Source of the DNA: Bugula neritina
Taxonomy: Eukaryota; Animalia; Bryozoa
Direction: 5' to 3'
Assembly (NCBI GenBank): GCA_964035545.1
Contig: OZ037767.1
Span: 2,243,680 to 2,307,679, forward strand
DNA length: 64,000 nucleotides
Under the pieces are notes generated by a model. The model was given only the letters and a program-made list of their open reading frames with translations. It was not told the DNA's origin and searched no databases. A program made the translations under genes and the position numbers. Shown here piece by piece: positions 1 to 49,725 of the stretch (the stretch's first letter is position 1; each line of letters starts with the position of its first letter).

Positions 1-186
1 ATTAGTAGTAGTGGTGGTGGTAGTAGTGGTTGTAGTGATGACAGTATTAGTGGTGGAAGTGGTGGCAGGGCGGTGGTGATATGTATGCCTGTTTCTCTCT
101 ATTTGGCAGTCACTACTTTGTTATATGAATATTATGACAACTCTATATTGAGAGCTGTAATGTCTGAGTTTCCTTTAAACTTACAG

Positions 187-17441
<17,255 letters not shown>

Positions 17442-19003
17442 CTTTCAGAAGCAGTTGAATTGGGTCAGCTGCAGCAAGAGCACAACACAAAAGATGGCTG
17501 TGTGAAGACATTTTCAATATTAAGAACCTTCTTTCGGCTATTTATTACTATGTTGTGTAATATGCATATATTTGTTGGGTGACAAATTAATTTAACTTTA
17601 TTGCATATAATATGACAGGTTTTGTTTTTTGTTACAATGAGGAATAAATGAATTATATATGAAGCAGCATATTGAATATGCAATTAGCTTCTAACTTGAT
17701 TCTCTTAATGTGGACTATTGAGTCAGGAGGAGATAATATGCATAGCATGAGTATCTGTTTAGAATATAAGCACCATAGCTATAGCAGCACCAGGAAAAGA
17801 GACATTAACAAAAAACAAATTGATATAAACTTATACAAGTTACCTGCAAAGGTAAGTGACATGATGTTCTAAAGGTGGTAGTTAAAAGTTCCATTGACAT
17901 CCCTCTGCCTTTTTTACCTTTTGTGGTATCAAACTTTAAAGTGGGTTAGTTATCTTCTCTTGCTATTACATGCATAGAGGGAGCACAACTCTTTTTAAAT
18001 TAAATCTAGCTATATGAAGTATAAAAGAGAGTATGTACATATGTGAAAGAAGACAAGACTATTATAGTAAAAGGAGTAAAATATGAGAATATAAGATAAC
18101 TTAATAGAATGTGCTAGGGTGTGCTAGTGATAGTGGAGCAACATTCATTTGGACACCCTAACTATTTTTACAAATTGCCAGGAGCTGAAGCTATATGGCA
18201 GCAAAGTCAAGCAGCCCACACCGAAGTACTGATCCTTAACTAACTCGAAGGCTACAGCATAAGATTATTTGGTAAGTTCACAATCAACTCTAAAACTGCT
18301 GATTCTGATGTAACACTGTTAGTTCATATATACTAATCATGCTGTGATACACCTGCAACTTTGAAAATATTTGCAACGTACATTTTTGTTATAGTTTGGT
18401 TTATTCCATAGCAATGATACATTTCTCTATTTTCCAAAATATTTTTACTTGCAATTTATTCGCCCAATCATCTTAAGTCTTTTATTTATTGAATCTTTAG
18501 CTAGTCATGCATGCTGTATTTTATTTCATTGTTATTATGCACATTTCTGCTATATTATGCCAAAAAACTTTATGCATCACATGGGGTCATTCATAATTAT
18601 AACCAACTATTTGCAGGAATAAAGTTTACGATTTTTAAAATAAAATATGATATATCAAATGGGAGTGTTGATAGTTGTTTTATCAAAATTTTGGGCTATA
18701 TTAAAATAAAATAATATAACATAAAATACTTCATTTATTATCATATTTATATTTGCTTAAGAAAATCAATTATGAGAAATTAGTTGAATTTATAATATAA
18801 TGAATCAAATTATCGGTTTATTCCTCAGTGTAATAGGAAACATCATATGGTGTATTATATGTAACAAAGTTATATTATTTTTCAGTTTTGTGCTTTTGCT
18901 GTAGCTGACCAAATTCAACTATTTCTAAAATAGCCGAATGAAGATGCCCATCTTCAGTGCAGTGATCTATCTGTAGCTGACCCAATTCAACTAGTTCTGA
19001 GAG

Positions 19004-38477
<19,474 letters not shown>

Positions 38478-38905
38478 GACTACTAAATCTAAAAATGACT
38501 AAAAAATATTTGAATGAGTTGATATGAGTAATATAATATTGGCATTCATCTTCCACAAAATGCATACGTTAGTTATAGCTTTGCGCTTCTCGCAATGCAA
38601 AACGTAACTGTCAAACGAAATAACTGTGCAATAACAATGTTGAACTTACAGGCTGCATCTTTCATTAAACCAAATATAATTTCAGTGAGGAATTAACAGG
38701 CAAGGTATTAGATAAATGAGCAAATCATGTTGTTATTGATGAAAAAAAGTTTCTGCAACAAACTGATATAAAAAATGTGCATATGAATTCAATTTTTCAT
38801 TAAAATAAAAGTTAAATGCTACATTGATTTGATTACACTCACGAAATAAAAATAATATAGAATTGATTGCAAATGTTTTAATTATTACAAAACATAAACA
38901 CATCT

Positions 38906-41900
38906 TCAGAGAAATCCATCATCACATTCTATATCGTCAACATTTGAGAGAAGTTCCAACAGAGACCTTACAGTGGGGAAAGTATTTGAAACGAGAGGTA
39001 GTGTGGTGATGGGTGAAATCATGCTGCAACAAAATATAACAAATAACATCACCATTATTCAAAGTAATATCAAAAACATATTGAATTATTATTGACTACA
39101 TTTTATCCATGAAGTGATTGAAAAATAAGTTATTAAACTTTGGTAAGCCATCATGCCTTGAGGCTGGTATATTAGAACATCCCTTAAATTGGTAATGTTT
39201 TCAGGTAGCCTCTGTAGCCTAACGATATAAATGCATATCCTATTTGCTTGATTTCCAATAAAAAATAGTTTTAATTTCATACAACTCAAAATTTTTAGTA
39301 ACAGCATTGCTTAATACAAGCCAGTGAATGTTAATAGAAAGACTTTTAACAACTTTGTGTCTGTTAAATAGAACAAACTATAACTACTATTCACATTAGC
39401 AATACTAAAACTGCTATCACTAATACTAACACTGTTACCACTGTTACCACTACCACCATAACTACTAATCCAAACATTGCTAATGCTGCTACTACTATTC
39501 CCAACACAGTCACACTACTTGTGCTGTCACAAAACAGACTGCTGTTGCTATGACAACAAAGACACCTTTACTAACCTTCCGAGTTTAAACCAGTGTTTTA
39601 CACTAAAGAGAAACTCTGCTCGACCACCAGCAAGAGTGGCCTCCATATCTAACATTTTACCAGCAGGAAATGACATCATCACCTCCATGTCAATAGACAA
39701 TAGCATTCCCATTAGCGTAGACAAGCCAACCGACCTGTGAATATTAATTAGGTAGATATTTATTATATGATATAAAAGATGTGTTGGATATTTACTGGGA
39801 ATTGTTGAATGTGGCTATACTAAGTCGTATATTGTCACATAACGGGGCAAAACTACAAAACTCAAAACCTAAAACCATAGTAATTATACACTATATATTA
39901 TATTCATCATTCTACCATATATAATATATTTTTTATATTATATTTATTAATATAATATTATTATATATATTTATTATTATACTATAGTTATTTTTAAAGT
40001 ATATATTTATTATAAAACCAATTCATTACACAGTTACATAATTCAAAGAACAATAATTCTTAGAAAATGCGACTCTCTGTTAAAGTAAGATCACATTCAT
40101 TCACACAGAACTCGATGTTACAATATTCAGTGTACATACAATTCAACTGGTACGCTAGAAATTTACATCGTGTCATGCATTAATCAAATATTAATAATCA
40201 ATAATCAGATATTACTTACGCTGACCCTCTTGACAGCGGCCCCAGAGTAAAAAAGAAATAAGACATCGACAGGATTTCGTCAATAGCCGCCTCATTGTTC
40301 TACAATCAGCACAAGTACCAATGTCAAGGTCAAAGAAAGCAATGTTAATTTTTTTCAAATTAAGAATATAAATCTTTGGTGTTTTTCATTTATCAAAACT
40401 TATTGACAAAGAGTTACGTACTTCTTGCTAATGTCAGGAAATACTCGTGTAATAATAACTGAATCACTGCCGCCAGTAATGACAAAAAGGTTAGCTTAAG
40501 GACAAAAAACTCAGTAAACAGTAGGGGCTGCAGACAGCAGATTCAGACTAGCTCGTAAACCTTGCTTAAACCAAATTATAAAACCAAAGCAATAAAACAC
40601 AAGTATTAACAAATATTGCCTTAGAGCACTAGGGCTATTAATTATTTCCATCACATTACTTCAATTTCAAGCTTACCACGGAATTGGTGCGGAGTTTACT
40701 GGCAATCTGTATTAAGTTACTGTACAGGTTGTTCAACTCGATGTCAAAGTTCACGGTGCGAGAGAGAGAGGTTTCCACCTCCATGTATAGGTAGGCGCTA
40801 CCATGCGACAACTGTGACAGTATAATAGTGGCGCCCTCTAGCTGTAGGCTGGGGTTTGTTACACTTGGTACTGAGGCTAAGAGTTTAGTGGGGAGGTGAG
40901 GTTTGGAAACAGCCACTAAATCTTCAGGTGTCTTAGCTATTTCAATGTCGGCTATTCGATCACCACTTTGAGAGTAATGCCTGTGAATAGGTCAAAGGTC
41001 ACATCAACACTTAGTAATATGTAGTGAAGATCATAACACTATCGGTGAAATATTACATTTTATAACTATTCTCATTATCTATCATTATGCAATAATGAAA
41101 CAGTAAATATACCTAACACTCTGAAATTGGTTCGAATGAAGCAGTTGCTATTCTAAGTTTTTCCTCAAATGCGAAACATATAAAGATAATTTCTCAAAAT
41201 TATAAAACTTTGTGAAAATTTACTTTGTTTAGAAATAAATAAGTTGATTTACTGTCAACTGGAAAAAAGCTGATGTGAAGACAAATGGCCTGAGATTTAT
41301 TTTGCTCATCAGCTATAACACTGCTTGGACCAACCCTAAATTCTTCATATTACCAAATGCCACAGACTTCTAGAACTGCTATACAGAGATAAGGTGTAAC
41401 AACTCCTATACAGAGATAAGGTGTAACAACTCCTATACAGAGATAAGGTGTAACAACTCCTATACAGAGATAAGGTGTAACAACTCCTATACAGAGATAA
41501 GGTGTAACAACTCCTATACAGAGATAAGGTGTAACAACTCCTATACAGAGACAAGGTGTAACAACTCCTATACAGAGATAAGGTGTAACAACTCCTATAC
41601 AGAAACAAGGTACAATGACTCACTGGATGATTTTCTCTTTGATTTTCCTTCTCATCAGATTGAAGATGTGCTCAAAGTAGGAGTTCATTTTACGGTTTCT
41701 AACTTGAGATCTACAATTAATTATTGCCATTGCACTGTGGTAAGTAAGAGATCATTGTTATGTAAATTGTGTTCTATTCCTCAGTCTAAGAGTGGCCCAA
41801 CAAACCACAGTCAAGGGGGCATATACAACCACCCTCAATGTAGACTTGAAGAAGCGCGGTTAATTTCAGTAAAAGCCCGGCAGTGTAATACAACCATATA

Positions 41901-44900
41901 AGTGCACAAAACTTATACGGTTGTATAACATACCTAACGCTTACACATATATTATGCACGTATATGAGTTTATACATACATGTAAGGCAAAAGTTTGTGA
42001 CTGAAGATAAATTAGAGAAAATTACCCATAATAATTACACCAGAATTATAACAAAAGTGGATAAACAAAATATAATGTATATTGAACAAGAAATAAAGGA
42101 ACAAAAGTATATACACAATACAAACGTACATGTATATAACACATACACATGGATTACAGGCATATGCGCATGTATTCTATAAGTATAGTCATGTATTATA
42201 TGTATTAATTACCGGTAGAAAGGAACTTCGTGCTGGTAGACCACATGATCGTCTGCGAATATCTCACTGAGCCATAAGACTGGCGTCTCCAGGATAGCCA
42301 GTCTTCTATACGGCACAGATATACTGTACAGGTCGGTCCATTTCAGCTTCCGCAAACCTTTGCAAACACACATATAATCTCAGTCTAAGTTAGAGACATT
42401 CCACAGGCTAGAGTAGCTTATCTTATTAAAGTCAACAGGTAGTTTTATAGGCTCAAATTCTCATTTAAAAAGCCACTTTAACAGAGCCCACAAAAAATTA
42501 TATTTTAAATAAAATTCAGAAGCTACTGAAATTGATTTTTTATAATAAAAACCAGAGTCCTGTTAGTTTCAGTAGAAGAAATAAAACAGCAACATACTAG
42601 ATTTCTTGGCCGTCATCCAAAGATTACGCAGGTGTTGCCCGACGTGGATAGCAGCGAGACCCATTGCCATATTGAATCGCTTGTTTGGAAGGAAAGAATC
42701 TGCTTTGACCTGCATCAGTTTACCCAGATGTTGAGCTCTACACAACAACCTCTGAGTCGCCTGTTCATAGTTGCTAAAGGCACGTCCCACTACCGCTCTG
42801 AAATAGATCTTCAAACGTGACAATTTTGTTACATTCTTGGGCAGAGCAACCCCAGATTGAAAAATGATGGAAAAAAAAAACAAGGAGTGAATATTTATGT
42901 ATGAAAATATTTTAATTGCCAATGAGAAATTATAAAAACTTTTTATAACTCCACCATGTTTGTCAATAAATGACCCAAACTCAAAGTGGAATGTACTGAA
43001 ATGTACAATTTTATGTAGTCAAATAGTCGGAGACGTATTAATTCTCAATCACACCATGCTATACAGAGAAGTGTAAAGTAAACATCTCAAGTATAAAGTA
43101 AAAAAAGTCTAATCTTGTACATATTCAAATTGAAACTGAATGAGCGAGCACTTATGATTTTATTGAAAAATTTTTCCCATCTGGTTACTCTTTATGATGT
43201 TTTATATTATACACTGTAAATATATTCTACTGTGTAGGAAGACCAAAAAGCCCTAAAATTATTATTACATCTGTAGAACCCCTTTGCCTGTTCATATTTT
43301 TATGCCAGATGTATTCAAGTATCTCAAGTTTCCTGTTTAATATAAGCAGTGTTACGTGACAAATGACCTTTAAGATGACCTTTAAGATTAGAATATACAA
43401 TTAAGAGCAGTACTGCAGAATTACAACTTACGGAATATCAGGAGATATGAGTGGTTGCAACGACGAGAAATACTACAATATATACAAAAACAGAACTATT
43501 TACCAAATTACTCAACATATTATAGACACAACATATTATAGATACAACATATTATAGATACAGCAAAGCAGAAAGATATTGATAGAACATGCTACCATTC
43601 AACTGTGGTGATCAATTTCAACAAAATTTACAGAAAAGAAAAAATCTATTGGGCTGCACTGAAGTGAAATAAAATTATACTGTTGGAATCTGACGATTGA
43701 CGAAAAAGTATAGAGATAAACTTTGCAAGAATATGAGCTGCGAATATGCCATATACCACGTATAGCTGTAGCCTAATACTGCAGATGTATGAAGAATACT
43801 TCTTTAAAACTAGTCAGTTGAGATAATCTCACTATTAGAGCTGATCTACGCAACATACTTACCAACTCGGGTGGGCTACTCTTCACCCAACCATGTTTGA
43901 AGGCTGGGTGAAGGTCAGCGTCTAAGTCAAGATTAGCAAGAGACTGGTCTAGTTTAGAGTGGAGGTATCTGAAGTAGTTGGTGAGGTAGGCGGCCTTGAC
44001 CTTGTGGGAGTCAGACTCCAGTTCGGTCACGCCCACTTTATGTTCCAACTTAGTGACATCCAGACCACTGGTTACTTGCACCTTTAGTATGTGGGAAGAC
44101 AGAATAAGCAATGGGAGTTCATGCATGCAAAATTCAAGTGTAATCACGGTAAATGATATTACACTGCCTCATATACTACACTATACTCTACTCTATACTC
44201 TACTCTATACTCTACTCTATACTCTAAACTATACTCTACTCTATACTATACTCTATACTATACTATATTATACTATACTACACTATACTACACTACGCTA
44301 CACTACACTATACTACACTATACTATATACTATATTATACTACACTATACTATATACTACACTACACTATACTATATACTACATTACACTATACTACACT
44401 ACACTATACTATACTACACTACACTACACTATACTACAATATACAGCTCACAAGAACCAAATCAACTCACCATGTATTTAACAGCCTCATAGAATTGCCC
44501 CAGCGCGGCATAGGAAACACCGGCATGGTACATACACAGCTTGTGTGACTCATCATAACGATTGCATTTCTACAAACAAGTTACATACTGAAGTCAGCAT
44601 AGAGCATCAGATATACACTATTCAACACGGTTCCTTTGAATATGAGACTACCAGACTTTGATATATTAAAAATGTCTTAAAATTATAACATTCATCCTAT
44701 ACTCAATCCTTAATGCGGTGAAAATTTCACAATTTAAGACTCATGCCAATTAGATTATTTAAAAGTGAAAGGTTAGTAACTGTGGTGTTGAGGGTATTAT
44801 TGTAAAAGCAGTAATGAACACTGCAGTAAATCACACAATGATATATTCACTTGATGAATCAATCAATAGAAAACACCTCAAACAAACAACGCAACTCAGA

Positions 44901-47900
44901 GTGCTTCTTCCAGTTTGACATTCAACGTCGCTGAATAGAACCTCTAACTATATTACATCATACTATATCATACTATATCATATTATATCATACTACATCA
45001 TACTACATCATATTACATCATACTATATCATACTATATCATATTATATCATACTATATCATACTATATCATATTACATCATACTATATCATATAAATATA
45101 ATATAATACAAAATCATAACACGTCATATACTATCACACCATATCCTATCATATATTATGTTGATTAAAACTGTAAATAATTAGTCAAGCTATGTTGGAA
45201 TTACAGCAGCACCAGACCAACATGTAAACACAGAGAAAGGCATATAAAGATACACACAGGCACAGACAGACATGGAGACAGACAGAGAGACAGAGAAAGA
45301 CACATACAGACAGACAGACATGGAGACAGACAGAGAGACAGAGAAAGACACATACAGACAGACAGAGAAAGACACAGAGAAAGACACATACAGACAGACA
45401 TGGAGACAGACAAAGAGACAGACAGAGAGACAGAGAAAGACACATACAGACAGACAGACATGGAGACAGACAGAGAGACAGAGAAAGACACATACAGACA
45501 GACAGACATGGAGACAGACAGAGAGACAGAGAAAGACACATACAGACAGACAGAGAAAGACACAGAGAAAGACACATACAGACAGACATGGAGACAGACA
45601 TGGAGACAGACAGAGAGACAGACAGAGAGACAGACAGAGAGACAGAGAAACACACTCACCTTGAAGTCCTTCAGTGCCATGTGGTCATTACCCAGCACGT
45701 GGTACAGGCTGCCTCTGAACTTTAGTGGGAGTTTTCCTCTCTCGGCAGACTTGACAGCTTTATTAGCGTAGCTTACAGCTCTCTTACCCTCGCCTTGCTC
45801 TCTGCAAAAGACAAAGCAGAGTTAGCACTCACTAAATAGTCTATCAATTAGACTATGAAGTTGAAATAATAAGACATAACCTCAGACTATAATAAAAAAT
45901 GCATTGACAAAATTCAATAGTTTTAGGTCTTAAATTGCTCTGGCTTAGAAAATTTTAGCTGCAGTCATAATAGCATGTGACAACTTATTACGCGACATCT
46001 CAATATTTGAAATGTCACTATATGACATTTGAAACAATCATTTCCTTATTTTGACTGTTGAGTAGCAAATGACTAGTTATAACACATATATATATATTAT
46101 AGAAATTTATATATTAAACTACGATAAATATATACTATGATATGATATTTTGCATTAATATAATACATATTCTATATTACAACATCATGTAATGTATTGG
46201 TTATACTAAAGAACATTACATAATCACTGCTCACCGATAGCAGTGGGCAATGCTCATCAGAACCGTGCTATCAGTAGGTTTGATCTGCAGCATTTCCTTG
46301 TAGACAACAATAGCTTTCTACAGAAAAAAGTAAGTGTATACACATCGTACACAGCCAGCTAAACTGTATATCAAAACACAAGAATGCTACTATATAGTAA
46401 TATAGTCATACAGTTGTAACATATTAGCATCATAGCATACAGTAGTAAAGTAGTACTACAGTTATAATGATATTTACTAATCTGAGACTAACACATGCAA
46501 CCAGTGAAAGCAACACCCAGACAGACAGACAGATGGACAGACAGGCAGACAGACGGACACACAGACGGACACACAGACGAACACACAGACGGACATATAA
46601 ACTCACAGAGAGCTTTCCCTGTTGGTAGATGGCCAGTGCTAGGCCTCTCATTGTATCAACTTTATCATCAACATTCAGCTCTAAGGCTTTACGGAAACTT
46701 CTCTCAGCTTCCGCTAGATCCTAAATCACAAATATAAAAAGCTATATGACACCTGACCACAGGTGTCCTGCTATATAACACCTGTGGACAGCTGTCCTAC
46801 CATGAGTCTATGACATATGTGGTCAGGTGTTATATAGCAGGACACCTGGCCATATATGAACCTGATCCCTACTTAAGTAACATGTGTCTTTATACTATAA
46901 CCATGTCTAATCATAAAAAAGTTATTTTATGTTTAATAAGTCATATTGCAAAAAGTTTATTCAAAAGTTTAACTGAATTTTAAACTATCCTTAGCTAAGC
47001 TAAACGCTTTCAACTTAATTTATTATTTCCTTTTCGATTTGAAACCATTTTCATCTCCAAATAAACTTTAGAACAAACTAGTCTCTTAATAAAGTCAGCC
47101 AAGGTGAGACTGTGTTAAATAATAATTACCAGCAGTTTTAGCAGACAAGACCCTTTGATCACATGAAAATCTGCATTCAGTGGATGATAACTGATCCCCA
47201 CCTCTAGAAGCTCCAGCACCTCAAAACATTGTGAGACAGCTAATAAAATCTGCAGAATATAAAGTATTCCAGATGTGAATAAAGTGTATTCTTAGAACCC
47301 TCTTTGAAGATATGAAATTGAAACAAGGGACAATAAAATCATATACATATTAAGATAGGCTTTATGTAATGGTATGTGAATTTAATTCATTGTATAATAT
47401 TCCAATAGTTCATTAAAATGTTAGCTACTTTATCAACGTACCGAAGCTTTTCTGTAGATTGCATCTTCACTCTTCTCATCCAATAGCAGAGCCTGGTTGG
47501 AATCTTCAAGTATATGTTTGATATTCTGCAACGTGAGACCAGATCTAACCCTCGCCAGCACTTTAGCTTGTAGAAAACCAACCTGTGCACCGTGCTTCTG
47601 CATAACAATAATAATACTCACAGTATAATAGTATGAAAGCTTGTATACATGTGGTTATGTATGGAAGAGTCAAAAACTAATTAATTCGAGAAAAATTCTG
47701 CATGTAGAGTTGTTTGAGAATACAGTTGCAACCACTGAACCTAGATAGCAGATTGAGAATAAAACCTAATGAAAAATTTACTCAATTAAAAATAGCTAAT
47801 ACACTAACTTGAATAGCAAGTTTTTCATTTATTTCCAACCTGATCATTCATATAATAAAAGAACAGAAACAATCAGTAAAGCAAGCTTGCATTTTACATC

Positions 47901-49345
47901 TCAATAGCCTTGAATCCAACAATTAACTGGGCTAGGCATGGGAAACACTGTAAGCCTACCTCAATCTGTTCTGTGGTAAACTTTATGCAGTCAGGAGGTG
48001 GTGCAAACTGTGAAAGTAGAATTGATTTAGCTGAAAGCAAAGAAAGTATTTTACATTTGTTATTATTTACTATGTATAACCATTAACACTACATAAATGT
48101 TGTATTACAGCATTCAATATGCAATGTTTCAGACAAAAAGCTACAAAAAGCTTTCAGTTAAGTAGCTAATATATTTGTATATATACTGATTTCAGTCTCT
48201 CTTTTAAGTATACAATAAAATTAATACTTACACAGTGTATATAATATAAATGCTTAAACACATTATACTTATATATAACTACCAAGCACATACGATAGAA
48301 TGAATAAAGCTCACCAATTGCTCTGTCAACTGTAGCATCTGATATCATGAAGGTTTGAACCTTTGCGCTGTTCATTAAATATAAAGTTGCCATCTATAAA
48401 AACAATATGAATTGGAACAAGTCAGCAAACATGTTGTGTATTAGTTGACCAATGCTGACAAGAGTTTAGAGACAAAATTTTAACTTCGGTATACAAATAC
48501 ATGCTTTACCTCTAGCATCTCTTCAGAACACTGCTTTTGATGAAGCACACAGTGAAGGTAGAACAGGCATAATTCAGGTGAACAACCTGTAAAAACACAA
48601 TTATTTATTGGAAGTTTTCAATAATCACATCAATTGTTATTAGATACATGTTTAGTAGAAAGAAACTTTTACCTTCATCTTCTTCGTTATTAGATTGCGC
48701 TTGAGAAAAACAAGCTGGCTCTGTGTTGCTCAAGAATTTCACTGCATAGATGCCATAGGTAGAGTTTCTGGTGCTACTTTTCTCGGTAGATTGTGTGATA
48801 TTGCGACTGTCAAGTCTTTTGCAAGCTGCATACATATCTTTAAGAACGGCAAATTGAAGTTTGTGTATCAATTTTAAATTCACTATAGTAGATACAGCCT
48901 TGTTAATTTCTACTTCTGAATAAAAAATATCTGAGCTGATTGCAGCAATGGAGTTAAACAAATCTTCAGAAACTTTCATTTGTTCAATTGACATTAAATA
49001 CATCTCTCTCATAATTCTGTTGTCAATAATCAGTGAATCTAAAGTGTTCGTGGGCGCAGACGACTCTAATCGAGATTGATCTGAAATGTGTAAATTACTA
49101 TTCGCATTATCTTGCCAAGAACCATGATCACCGAGACTATAAATATGGGTGTGGCGTCTTTGGTGCTGCTTGTGACCATTATCGTCTTCACTATGACTTA
49201 CCATAGGGTTAGAGTTAGTGAATGTGATTTCATCACTGCCAAGGATTGAAGTAAAATGAAAATCGCTGAAGAGCAGAGAAGCAATAACGATGTTTACCAC
49301 GAATAATTTCAAGCTGTAAAAGTGAATACGCATATGGCAAGCCAT
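38906..49345 (-). CDS. TTC13: TTC13-like tetratricopeptide repeat protein (multi-exon)
   Basis: Exon peptides FLPNKRFNMAMGLAAIHVGQ, KWTDLYSISVPYRRLAILETPVLWLSE, VPSVTNPSLQLEGATI..ETSLSRT, SYFFFTLGPLSRGS, GKMLDMEA and LPLVSNTFPTVRSLLELL-stop(38906) match recalled human TTC13 C-terminal motifs (FLPNKRIHRAMGLAALEVMQ, QWRDMFDIAVKWRRI..PVLWLD, YYFYNLMPLSRGS, LPSVSETFPTLRSMIEVL). TPR-like exons lie at 44470-47600. First exon 49345-48673 has a hydrophobic leader; start may be 49345 or 49333. Confidence 0.85.
41379..41602. repeat. 27-bp tandem repeat, ~8 copies, in a TTC13 intron
   Basis: CTATACAGAGATAAGGTGTAACAACTC units. Confidence 0.92.
44172..44440. repeat. (TACAC/TATAC)n low-complexity repeat
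   Basis: Visible pentamer-like tract in a TTC13 intron. Confidence 0.9.
44950..45092. repeat. (TACTATATCA)n 10-bp repeat
   Basis: Visible tract. Confidence 0.9.
45262..45650. repeat. (GACA/GAGA)n compound repeat
   Basis: Visible tract immediately after a TTC13 donor. Confidence 0.92.
46760..46848. repeat. Perfect 25-bp inverted repeat, probable MITE remnant
   Basis: CAGGTGTCCTGCTATATAACACCTG (46760-46784) and its reverse complement (46824-46848). Confidence 0.8.
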
Positions 49346-49725
49346 AGTTTATAATAGAACGTTTCAGAAATTTTAACTTCTTGTGGAAACAATTACATAG
49401 TTGAACTTGAAGAGCCACGTGAAACTGGACGATCACAATGACAATGACTACGCCGATGAATGAAATCAGGATTAGGATGGCAAGTTGTGTTGTGGCCAGA
49501 CGACCATAGCAAATACCTCATTGACAAGTTATTATTATTTCTGTGTTTGGAAATACAAGTGTTGCTTTAGAGATCATGAAGCACTCAATTTAGAGGCGTG
49601 TCAATCTTCCGTTCTAAACAGTAGTATTTCCGTTTCCTGGTTTCATCAAACGGTCAGATTTTCCAAACTAGAATAAATCTTTTGCCTCATAAGGAGTTGA
49701 TGATTTTATTTTCACATATCAGACA
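49346..49725. promoter_or_regulatory. Putative bidirectional promoter/5'UTR interval between TTC13 (-) and Rab8 (+)
   Basis: Divergent start codons about 380 bp apart. Inferred from geometry only. Confidence 0.5.

Noticed and set aside
38906-42922. These exons as the N-terminus of CATSPERG copy B
   Set aside because: They match the TTC13 C-terminus and end in TGA at 38906; CATSPERG has its own signal-peptide exon at 38477.
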